Assembly: GCA_963813335.1 (NCBI GenBank)
Contig: CAWEYL010000005.1
Coordinates: 51,180 to 115,179, forward strand
Length of the DNA: 64,000 nt
DNA from: an uncultured Chloroflexia bacterium
Lineage (GTDB): Bacteria; Chloroflexota; Limnocylindria; Limnocylindrales; CSP1-4
Direction of reading: 5' to 3'
Shown here: positions 9,458 through 18,046 of the stretch, in pieces
Layout: each line of letters starts with the position of its first letter
How positions within the stretch are numbered: the stretch's first letter is position 1
The notes under the pieces: generated by a model
Seen by the model: the letters and a program-made list of their open reading frames with translations, nothing else
Databases searched by the model: none
What the model was told of the DNA's origin: nothing
Made by a program: the position numbers and the translations under genes

Positions 9458-10632
9458 CCGCCGGGACGGCCGGGGCGGCGCGGACCGCGCCATCGAAGCC
9501 GGCGTCGACCCGCGACCGGCTGACCGACTACCTCCAGATCCACCGCTCGACGACGATCATCCTGGTGATGACCGCGGTGACGCTGGGCCTGCCGCTGCTG
9601 GCCATCGTCCCGCCGTTCAGCTTCTTCCAGAAGCAGGACGTCTGGCTGTCCGGGTTCTCGAACGCCGGGGTCTTCGTGCTCCTCGCGCTGGGGCTCAACA
9701 TCGTCGTCGGCCTGGCCGGCCTGCTCGACCTGGGCTACGCCGCCTTCTTCGCCATCGGCGCGTACGTCTATGCCTATGGCGCCTCGCCGTACTCCGGCCT
9801 GCACTTGCCGTTCCTGGTCATGCTGGCGATCGCACCGCTCGTGGCCGCCACCTTCGGGGTGCTACTCGGCGCGCCGACCCTCCGTCTGCGCGGCGACTAC
9901 CTGGCGATCGTCACCCTCGGCTTCGGCGAGATCGTCCCGATCGTCTTCCTGAACGCGGAGAAGTTCACCGAGGGCACCAACGGCATCGGCGGCATCTACA
10001 AGCCGGAGCTGCCGTTCGTGGAGTTCACGCTCCTGAACCCGTGGCCGTTCTACGTGCTCATGGCGGTGATGCTCACGATCACCATGATCCTGATCTACCG
10101 GTTACAGGATTCCCGGATCGGCAGATCCTGGATGGCCATCCGCGAGGATGAGCTGGCGGCCGCCGCCAGCGGCCTGAACACGGTCACGACCAAGCTGCTC
10201 GCGTTCGCCCTGGGCGCCTCCACCGCCGGCCTCGCCGGGGTGTTCAACGCCTCCAAGCTCACGCTCGTCAGCCCGGACCAGTTCCTCTCGACGGTGTCGT
10301 TCTCCATCCTGGCGATGATCGTCCTCGGCGGCATGGGCAACATCTGGGGCGTCGCGCTCGGCGCGTTCGTCGTCTACACCATCCAGGTCGTCTTCCTCAA
10401 GCAGCTGAACACGTTCTTCGCCGCGTTGCAGGTGCCGATCCTCAAGGACCTCAACTTCGTGCAGTACCAGCTCCTGCTCTACGGCCTGGCCCTGGTGCTG
10501 ATGATGTTGTTCCGCCCCGAGGGCCTGTTCCCCTCCAGACGTCGCAAGCGGGAGCTCCATGCCGCCGATGACCTCGGCGACATGGCCCTGGTCGGCGAGC
10601 AGGAGATCGGCGTGAGCGAGCTCGATCGATGA
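9454..10632 (+). CDS. livM: Branched-chain amino acid ABC permease
   Basis: GLNIVVGLAGLLDLGY, RLRGDYLAIVTLGFGE and AIREDELAA. Confidence 0.92.
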   Translation: MTAGTAGAARTAPSKPASTRDRLTDYLQIHRSTTIILVMTAVTLGLPLLAIVPPFSFFQKQDVWLSGFSNAGVFVLLALGLNIVVGLAGLLDLGYAAFFAIGAYVYAYGASPYSGLHLPFLVMLAIAPLVAATFGVLLGAPTLRLRGDYLAIVTLGFGEIVPIVFLNAEKFTEGTNGIGGIYKPELPFVEFTLLNPWPFYVLMAVMLTITMILIYRLQDSRIGRSWMAIREDELAAAASGLNTVTTKLLAFALGASTAGLAGVFNASKLTLVSPDQFLSTVSFSILAMIVLGGMGNIWGVALGAFVVYTIQVVFLKQLNTFFAALQVPILKDLNFVQYQLLLYGLALVLMMLFRPEGLFPSRRRKRELHAADDLGDMALVGEQEIGVSELDR

Positions 10633-11639
10633 CGGCCTCGTTACCGGACGACGGCACGGTGCTCGCCGCCGACCACATCACGAAGCGCTTCGGCGGCCTG
10701 CTCGCGATCAACGACATCAGCTTCGACATCCCGCGCGGCGCGATCGTCAGCCTGATCGGGCCGAACGGCGCGGGCAAGACCACGTTCTTCAACATCATCG
10801 CGGGCATCTACGACCCGACCAAGGGGTCGGTCGCCGTCGAGGGCCGCCGCCTGATCGCCCACTCCGTGCGCGGCTACCTCGAGCCGTTCGTGTGGACCGT
10901 CCCGGCCGTCGTCGTCGCGATCCTGACGGCGATCGCCACGGTGGCATCGGGCTCGGAGACCACCGGGATCATCGGTCTCGCGCTGACGCTGGGGACGCTG
11001 ACCACGATGCTGATCTCGGCCGTCGCCCGGCCGGCGTGGTACACCCGGCTGCTCAACCGGCTCGGGATCTTCCGGAGCGCCCGGCCGAACGACATGGTCG
11101 AGGCCGGCCTCGGCCGGACCTTCCAGAACATCCGCCTGTTCCAGAACATGACCGCGACCGAGAACGTCCTCGTCGGGATGCATATCAAGCTCCGGGCGAA
11201 CATCGTCGACGCGATGCTCTCGACGCCGAAGAACCGCCGTGAGGAGGTTTCCTCCCGGCAGCGGGCCAACGAGCTCCTGAACCTCGTCGGGCTGCGCAAT
11301 CGCGGCGAGGACCTGGCCAAGAGCCTGCCGTACGGCGACCAGCGGCGACTGGAGGTGGCGCGTGCGCTCGCGAGCGATCCGAAGCTCCTCCTGCTCGACG
11401 AGCCGACGGCCGGGATGAACCCGAACGAGACGGCCCAGATGATGGCCCTGATCAACAAGCTCCGGACAGAGCTGGGGCTGACCGTCCTCCTCATCGAGCA
11501 CGACATGAAGGTGGTCATGGGCATCAGCGACCGGGTCACCGTGCTGGACCACGGCGAGAAGATCGCCGAGGGGACGCCGGAGGATGTCCGGAAGGACCCC
11601 AAGGTCATCGAGGCCTACCTCGGAGCCCCGGCTGTATGA
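10629..11639 (+). CDS. livG: Branched-chain amino acid ABC ATPase with an internal hydrophobic insertion
   Basis: GPNGAGKT, RTFQNIRLF, LPYGDQRRLE, LLLLDEP and VIEAYLG. Confidence 0.9.
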   Translation: MTASLPDDGTVLAADHITKRFGGLLAINDISFDIPRGAIVSLIGPNGAGKTTFFNIIAGIYDPTKGSVAVEGRRLIAHSVRGYLEPFVWTVPAVVVAILTAIATVASGSETTGIIGLALTLGTLTTMLISAVARPAWYTRLLNRLGIFRSARPNDMVEAGLGRTFQNIRLFQNMTATENVLVGMHIKLRANIVDAMLSTPKNRREEVSSRQRANELLNLVGLRNRGEDLAKSLPYGDQRRLEVARALASDPKLLLLDEPTAGMNPNETAQMMALINKLRTELGLTVLLIEHDMKVVMGISDRVTVLDHGEKIAEGTPEDVRKDPKVIEAYLGAPAV

Positions 11640-12397
11640 CGACCGCGACCGTGGCCGCCACCGACACGCCGCGCGGGGAGCCGGGCGAGACCCTCCTCCA
11701 CCTCGACGGCGTCCACACCTACTACGGCCATATCCACGCCCTGCAGGGCGTCTCGCTCGATGTCCGGCGCGGCGAGATCGTGACCTTGATCGGCGCGAAC
11801 GGAGCCGGCAAGACGACGACCCTCAAGACGATCTCCGGGCTGCTCCATCCGAGATCCGGGACCATCACCTTCGAAGGCAAGGACATCTCGAAGGCGAACG
11901 CGCACGACCTGGTCCGCGCCGGCATCAGCCAGGCGCCCGAGGCCCGCCGGATCTTCTCGCGCATGACCGTCCTGGAGAACCTCCAGATGGGCGGCTTCAC
12001 GCGGCCGACGAAGGAGCTCGCCCAGGACACCGAGCGGGTCATGACGCTGTTCCCGCGCCTGCGCGAGCGCACCCACCAGCAGGGTGGGACGCTGTCGGGC
12101 GGCGAGCAGCAGATGCTCGCGATCGGACGGGCCCTGATGGCCCGGCCGCGGGTCCTGCTGCTCGACGAGCCATCGCTGGGGCTCGCCCCCATCCTCGTCC
12201 AGCAGATCTTCGCGATCATCCGCGAGATCAACGACGCCGGGACGACGATCCTGCTCGTCGAGCAGAACGCGCTCCAGGCGCTCACCGTGGCGCATCGCGG
12301 CTACGTCCTCCAGACCGGGACGGTCCTCCTGTCCGGCCCGGCGTCGGAGCTGATCACCAACGACATGGTGCGAAAGGCCTACCTCGGCGAGGTCTGA
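11636..12397 (+). CDS. livF: Branched-chain amino acid ABC ATPase
   Basis: GANGAGKT, LSGGEQQMLA, DEPSLGLAP and LVEQN. Confidence 0.93.
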   Translation: MTTATVAATDTPRGEPGETLLHLDGVHTYYGHIHALQGVSLDVRRGEIVTLIGANGAGKTTTLKTISGLLHPRSGTITFEGKDISKANAHDLVRAGISQAPEARRIFSRMTVLENLQMGGFTRPTKELAQDTERVMTLFPRLRERTHQQGGTLSGGEQQMLAIGRALMARPRVLLLDEPSLGLAPILVQQIFAIIREINDAGTTILLVEQNALQALTVAHRGYVLQTGTVLLSGPASELITNDMVRKAYLGEV

Positions 12398-12444
12398 CCC
12401 CGGATGATCCCGACCCCGACCGCCACGGACCGGGGCGGCCGGCG

Positions 12445-13146
12445 ATGAGCCCGCCGCTCGAGCGGGTCGGCGGACGGGGACCGAGCGAGAGGACGCTGCT
12501 CCGGGTCGTCGTGCTGGTCCTGTTCGCGGCCCTGCTGGCCGTGGTCAAGCCGTGGAGCGGCGGCGAGACGGGCGGGGTCGCGCCCGGGCCGTCGCGGGGA
12601 ACGGCGGCGGCGGCGAGCGCGACGCCCGCCGGACCGACGCCGAGTCCGACACCCGTCGATCCCGCGTCGGCCTTCTGCATCACGCCGAGCGACTGGCGCC
12701 TGACCTCGCTCGAGATCTTCGACCACCAGACCATCCGGGTCTGGCAGACGATCAGCCCGATCCACGCGACGGGACCGACCGACCCGGACCTGCCGGAGGG
12801 CCTGGTCGTGTCGACGTCGGTCCGCGCGGTCGGCTGGTGCGCCCCGACGGCCGTGGACATCCGCCCGGCCGGGCCCGTGACCACGCGGATCTGGCGGGTC
12901 CCGACCGATGGCGAGCCGGTCGCGCTGGACCTCCGGCCGCGCCTCGGTCCGAGCGACCTGGGCGAGGACTACGCGGCACCCGACCTCGGCGCGGGAGCCA
13001 GCGACTGGACGCCGGGGCGCTACGTCTTCGAGATCGCGGAGCCGAAACCGGGCCGCTCGTGGTGGTTCGCCGTGACGGTCCGCCGGTTCGTGCCCGACGG
13101 GCCGGCCGTCGCCCCCACGGAGTCACCCGCCTCGCCGGTACCATGA
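12445..13146 (+). CDS. Membrane-anchored hypothetical protein
   Basis: ATG at 12445, N-terminal TM helix (VVKPW), Pro/Ser linker, globular domain with two Cys. Confidence 0.6.
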   Translation: MSPPLERVGGRGPSERTLLRVVVLVLFAALLAVVKPWSGGETGGVAPGPSRGTAAAASATPAGPTPSPTPVDPASAFCITPSDWRLTSLEIFDHQTIRVWQTISPIHATGPTDPDLPEGLVVSTSVRAVGWCAPTAVDIRPAGPVTTRIWRVPTDGEPVALDLRPRLGPSDLGEDYAAPDLGAGASDWTPGRYVFEIAEPKPGRSWWFAVTVRRFVPDGPAVAPTESPASPVP

Positions 13147-13153
13147 GCCGGGT

Positions 13154-13921
13154 ATGGACCTGGGGCTGACCGGACATCGAGCGCTCGTTGGCGGGGGGAG
13201 TGGCGGGCTCGGCGGCGCCATCGCCGCCGTCCTGCGCGCCGAGGGCGTGGCGGTGGCGCTCGTCGCCCGGGAGAGCCCGCGGCTGGCGGCGGCCGCCTCG
13301 CGGCTGGACGCCGTGGCCGTGCCCGCCGACCTCTCGACACCGGACGGCCCGGCCGCCGCGGTGACCGGTACGGTGGCCGCCCTGGGCGGCCTGGACCTCC
13401 TGGTCGTCAACTCCGGCGGCCCGCCCATCGGGCGGTTCGTGGACCTCGACGAGGCGGCCTGGGCCAGGGCCATCGACGGCACGCTGTGGAGCACGATCCG
13501 GTTGGTGCGCGCGGCCCTGCCGGCCCTGCGCGACGGCCGCGACCCGGCGATCCTGGTGATCCTCTCGAGCTCGGTCCGCGAGCCCATCCCCGGGCTCGCG
13601 ACGTCGAATGCGCTCCGGCCGGGACTCGCCGGACTGGTCAAGAGCCTCGTCGAGGAGATCGCCCCCATCCGCATCAACGCCCTCGCGCCGGGACGGCTGG
13701 CGACGGACCGCATCGCCGAGATGGACGGGGCCCGGGCGGCGGGCAGTGGGGTCGCCGTCGAGGAGATCCGCCAGGCGCACGTCGCGCGCATCCCGCTCGG
13801 CCGCTACGGCGACCCGGCGGAGCTGGGCCGGGTGGGGGCGTTCCTCCTGTCGCCGGCCGCGTCCTATGTCACGGGCGCGATCGTCCCGGTGGACGGGGGG
13901 ATGGTCAAGGCCCTCCCGTAG
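13154..13921 (+). CDS. SDR family oxidoreductase
   Basis: GGGSGGLG, VNSGGP, IPLGRYGDP and YVTG...VDGG. Confidence 0.9.
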   Translation: MDLGLTGHRALVGGGSGGLGGAIAAVLRAEGVAVALVARESPRLAAAASRLDAVAVPADLSTPDGPAAAVTGTVAALGGLDLLVVNSGGPPIGRFVDLDEAAWARAIDGTLWSTIRLVRAALPALRDGRDPAILVILSSSVREPIPGLATSNALRPGLAGLVKSLVEEIAPIRINALAPGRLATDRIAEMDGARAAGSGVAVEEIRQAHVARIPLGRYGDPAELGRVGAFLLSPAASYVTGAIVPVDGGMVKALP

Positions 13922-13936
13922 CGCTCGAGACCCGCG

Positions 13937-14379
13937 TCAGCGGCGCGACGGCTCGCGGGCCATGTCGTAGGTCGCCCGCGACAGCACGATGAGCCCAAGC
14001 GCCGAGAGCCACAGGCCGGGACCGTTGGTGATGACCTGGGCGGGCTCGCTGAAGACGAACGCGCCGCGCGACAGCAGCTGGATGAAGCTGATCCCGAGCC
14101 CGACCCAGCCGGCGACGGTCAGGATCAGGTACGAGATCCAGCGGTCGACGCCGAGCGGCCGGTCGCCCGCGGCGTAGGGCAGCGCGACGAGCGCCAGCAC
14201 CAGGATGCCGACAAGGAAGACGACGATCCCCGCACCCTCGAAGCCGTTGCCGCTCAATGGGGTGATGCCGGTCTCACCGCCTCCGACCATCCACCACGGC
14301 AGGACGCAACCGATCACGAGCAGCACCCCGGCGACCGCGGCCAGCGTCCGCCCGCGGCCCAGCGGCCGCCGATGCATCG

Positions 14380-14383
<4 letters not shown>
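13937..14383 (-). CDS. Four-TM membrane protein
   Basis: Hydrophobic ORF with LPWW and GPGLWL, coupled to hpt. Confidence 0.7.
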
Positions 14384-14948
<565 letters not shown>

Positions 14949-14952
<4 letters not shown>

Positions 14953-15437
14953 CGCCCGCCCTCGGAGGCAGCCGGGGCCGCCAGTGGCCGCTGGCGGGTG
15001 CGGCGGGCCGCGCGCTCGGCGGCCGTGGGGACGGCGGCGGCCTCGCGGGCCACGGTCGCCGCCGCGCTCCCGCGCGGCGGGGTCGTCTGCCCGGAGCTGC
15101 CGGACAGCGCGTCGACGAGCGCGAGCTTGCCGTACTTGAGCATCAGCGCCCGGAAGTCGCGGGCGTAGAACAGCTTGATGGTGACGGCCGGATAGAGCTC
15201 GCGCAGGCGGCGCAGCTTGCGGTTCTTCTTGCGGACGAGCTTCTGGCGCAGCGTGGTCATCTCAAGGTAGCAGTCGAGGTCGGGCAGCCAGAAGTCCGGC
15301 GAGAAGCTCTCGACCACCTCGCCCTCGAGGTTCCACAGGATCGGGAAGGTGTGCGGCTCGTAGACCCAGCGGACGTCGTAGAAGTCGAGGATGCGGGCCA
15401 TCTCGGCCTCGCTGGCGTGGGCGAACGAGGCGGTCAC
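14949..15437 (-). CDS. Conserved hypothetical protein, PD-(D/E)xK-like
   Basis: GTG at 15437; FAHASE, YEP and FSPDFWLP...YLEMTT motifs. Confidence 0.7.
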
Positions 15438-15568
15438 CGGGCGCTGGGCAGGCGGCGCAGGTCGCCCCGTCGGGCCAGGATCCTGCGCCGGTCGGCGGGG
15501 ACGCCGGCGCCGCAGGCGGTGCAGGCGACATCTTCGGGCGTCGGGCGGAGGCCGTCGCGAGGATCCAT
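15434..15568 (-). CDS. Short CxxC-containing peptide, possibly a truncated zinc-ribbon protein
   Basis: 44-aa ORF MDPRDG...CTACGAGVP overlapping the next start by 4 bp. Confidence 0.35.
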   Translation of the reverse strand: MDPRDGLRPTPEDVACTACGAGVPADRRRILARRGDLRRLPSAR

Positions 15569-15622
15569 CGGCCCACAGTCTAGCCGAAGCGCCGGGGAGC
15601 ACGGCGGGCGTCGCATCCGCCG

Positions 15623-15647
15623 ATACCCCCTGGGGGTATGGTAGGAT
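15623..15647 (+). promoter_or_regulatory. CsoR-type operator overlapping the csoR promoter
   Basis: Perfect palindrome ATACCCCC-T-GGGGGTAT followed by extended -10 TGnTAGGAT. Confidence 0.85.
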
Positions 15648-15699
15648 CGTCTCCGTCCCGACGGGCGTCCCGTCGATCGCAGCGATGAGGTCGTGTCTG

Positions 15700-16056
15700 A
15701 TGCCAGCGAGCCCGGGCCGTCGGCCGGCGCCGAAGCCGGACCCGAGCCACTTCCGCCACAGCTACTCGAAGGACAAGACCCTGCTCGTGCGCCGCCTGTC
15801 GCGCATGGAGGGCCAGGTCCGCGGCATCGCCCGGATGATCGAGCGCGAGGAGTACTGCGTCGACATCCTCCAGCAGACCGCGGCGCTGCGCGCCGCGGTG
15901 GACGCCCTCTCGATCCTGGTCCTCGAGGACCACGTCCAGGGCTGCGTCCGCACCGCCGCGGAGGCCGGCCAGGCCGACGGCTACGTCGAGGAGGTCATCG
16001 ACGTCGTCCGGCGCACCCTCGGACGGCCGGTCCGCGGTGGGGCCCGCACGAGCTAG
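15700..16056 (+). CDS. csoR: CsoR/RcnR family metal-sensing repressor
   Basis: RLSRMEGQVRGIARMIE..YCVDILQQ..A and HVQGC; C-H-C Cu(I) ligand set present. Confidence 0.85.
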   Translation: MPASPGRRPAPKPDPSHFRHSYSKDKTLLVRRLSRMEGQVRGIARMIEREEYCVDILQQTAALRAAVDALSILVLEDHVQGCVRTAAEAGQADGYVEEVIDVVRRTLGRPVRGGARTS

Positions 16057-16337
16057 GACGAGGCGTCCCGACCACCGTCGCGGGCCCGACTTATCCACGA
16101 ATCCCGGGGTCCGTCGACACTTGGTGGATAACCTCGTTGACGCGTCGCGTCACGGCGCGTAGCGTCCGTCATCCGCACTGGGGCGACCCGGGTACGGAGG
16201 TCCGCGAGGGGCTCGGGGAGACCCGACCACGAACCGGACGGACGGCCGAAGCACCGGACCCACGCTCGTGGTGCGAAACGATGACGCCGGGAGTGGCACG
16301 GCGCGGGACGATCGGCACGTACAACAGGAGGCGTGCC

Positions 16338-17132
16338 CTGCAGCCCGCGCGTGAGCCGCTCCCGACGCGCGTCGAGGGCCTTCCACCGTTGCCGTCGGCC
16401 TATGCCGACGCCCTCGACGATGGCCTGTCCCGCCTCGACCTCCACCTCGGCGCGGCCCAGCGCGCCGCCATCGACGGCCACGTGCGCCTGCTGCTGGCCT
16501 GGACGACGGCGATCAACCTCACGGCCATCCGCGATCCGCGCGAGGTCGCCGTCGCGCACGTCCTCGACAGCCTCAGCGCGATCCCGCTGCTGCGCCGGCT
16601 GGGCATCGATGCCCTCGTGGACCTCGGATCCGGCGGCGGCTTCCCCGGCCTGCCGCTCGCGGTCGCGCTGCCGGCGCGGCGGGCCGTGCTCGTCGAGTCG
16701 ACCGCCAAGAAGGCACGCTTCCTGCAGACCGCGATCGCCGCCATCGAGGCGCACCCCGGCGACGGAGAGGCGGCCGCGCCGATCGCGGTGGCCGCGGTCC
16801 GCGCCGAGGCCCTCGCCCGCGACCCGGCCCAGCGCGCCGCCTGGCCGTGCGTGACGGCGCGAGCCGTGGGTGCGCTTCCCGACCTGGTCGAGCTGTCCGT
16901 CCCACTGCTCCGGCCGGGCGGCGTCCTCGTCGCCTGGAAGCGCGGCGACCTCGCTGGCGAGCTCGCGGCCGGGCGGCGCGCACTCGACGCCCTCGGCGGC
17001 GGACGGCTCGAGACGACCGCCGTCGACCTGCCCGGCCTGGCCGATCACGTGCTGGTCGTGGTGACGGCCGCGGGCGCGGCGGACGCGGCGTATCCGCGCG
17101 ATCCCGCCGTGCGCGCGAGGCGACCGTGGTGA
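16338..17132 (+). CDS. rsmG: 16S rRNA m7G527 methyltransferase
   Basis: NLTAI, HVLDSL, DLGSGGGFPG, LVES..KK..FL and TARAV; start uncertain (in-frame CTG 6 nt after AGGAGG). Confidence 0.88.
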   Translation: MQPAREPLPTRVEGLPPLPSAYADALDDGLSRLDLHLGAAQRAAIDGHVRLLLAWTTAINLTAIRDPREVAVAHVLDSLSAIPLLRRLGIDALVDLGSGGGFPGLPLAVALPARRAVLVESTAKKARFLQTAIAAIEAHPGDGEAAAPIAVAAVRAEALARDPAQRAAWPCVTARAVGALPDLVELSVPLLRPGGVLVAWKRGDLAGELAAGRRALDALGGGRLETTAVDLPGLADHVLVVVTAAGAADAAYPRDPAVRARRPW

Positions 17133-17158
17133 GCGACCCGCTGCTACGCTGACCGGCC

Positions 17159-17881
17159 ATGCGGATCGCGGTCCTGTCCGACATCCACAGCAACCTCGTC
17201 GCGCTCGATGCGGTCCTCGCCCACATGGGGACCGTCGACGCCGTCTGGCATCTCGGCGACGTCGTCGGGTACGGCCCGGAACCGGACGCCGTGGTCGATC
17301 GACTCGCTGGCCTCCGCGCGGTCGGCGTCCGCGGCAACCATGACGCGGCGGCCGCCGGCGGGCCCGAGATCGAGTACTTCAACCCGGACGCACGCAAGGC
17401 GATGGAGTGGACGATCGCGCGGATCTCCCCGGCGACCCGCACCCATCTCGCGGGGCTGCCGGAACGGCTGACCATCGAGGACGTCTCGCTCGTCCACGGC
17501 AGCCTGCGCGACCCGACCTGGGAGTACGTGACCACGCTGGCGATCGCCCGGGCATCGCTCGACCTGCTGGCCACACCGGTCGGGCTGCACGGCCACACCC
17601 ACGTCCCGGTGGCCTTCATCGCCGAAGAGGAACGCACTGACGTGGTCGCGGTCGGCGACGCCACGCGCCTCCAGCTCCCGGACCGTCCGGTCCTGCTGAA
17701 CCCGGGCAGTGTCGGCCAGCCACGCGACGGCGATCCCCGGGCCGCCTACCTCGTCCTCGACACCGAGGCCAGGGTCGTGACCTGGCACCGCGTCGAGTAC
17801 GACATCGCCGCCGTGATGGCCGCGATGCACGCGGCCGAGTTGCCGGTCCGCCTCGCCGAGCGGCTCCGCCATGGACTCTGA
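17159..17881 (+). CDS. Metallophosphoesterase family protein
   Basis: SDIHSN, LGDVVGYG, GNHD, GHTH and NPGSVGQPRDG. Confidence 0.92.
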   Translation: MRIAVLSDIHSNLVALDAVLAHMGTVDAVWHLGDVVGYGPEPDAVVDRLAGLRAVGVRGNHDAAAAGGPEIEYFNPDARKAMEWTIARISPATRTHLAGLPERLTIEDVSLVHGSLRDPTWEYVTTLAIARASLDLLATPVGLHGHTHVPVAFIAEEERTDVVAVGDATRLQLPDRPVLLNPGSVGQPRDGDPRAAYLVLDTEARVVTWHRVEYDIAAVMAAMHAAELPVRLAERLRHGL

Positions 17882-18046
17882 TCGAGCGGCCGCGTGTGGC
17901 ATCGCCTGGACCGATTGCTGTATAACCAAGTCGCCAAGCGGCGCAGGGCCGAACCTGTCGGGCGCGAACCCACGGTCATCGCCGACGTCCGGTTCCGACG
18001 CGGCGACTGATCCCCGGGCCGCGTCCCGCCCACGACTGGAGTCCCG

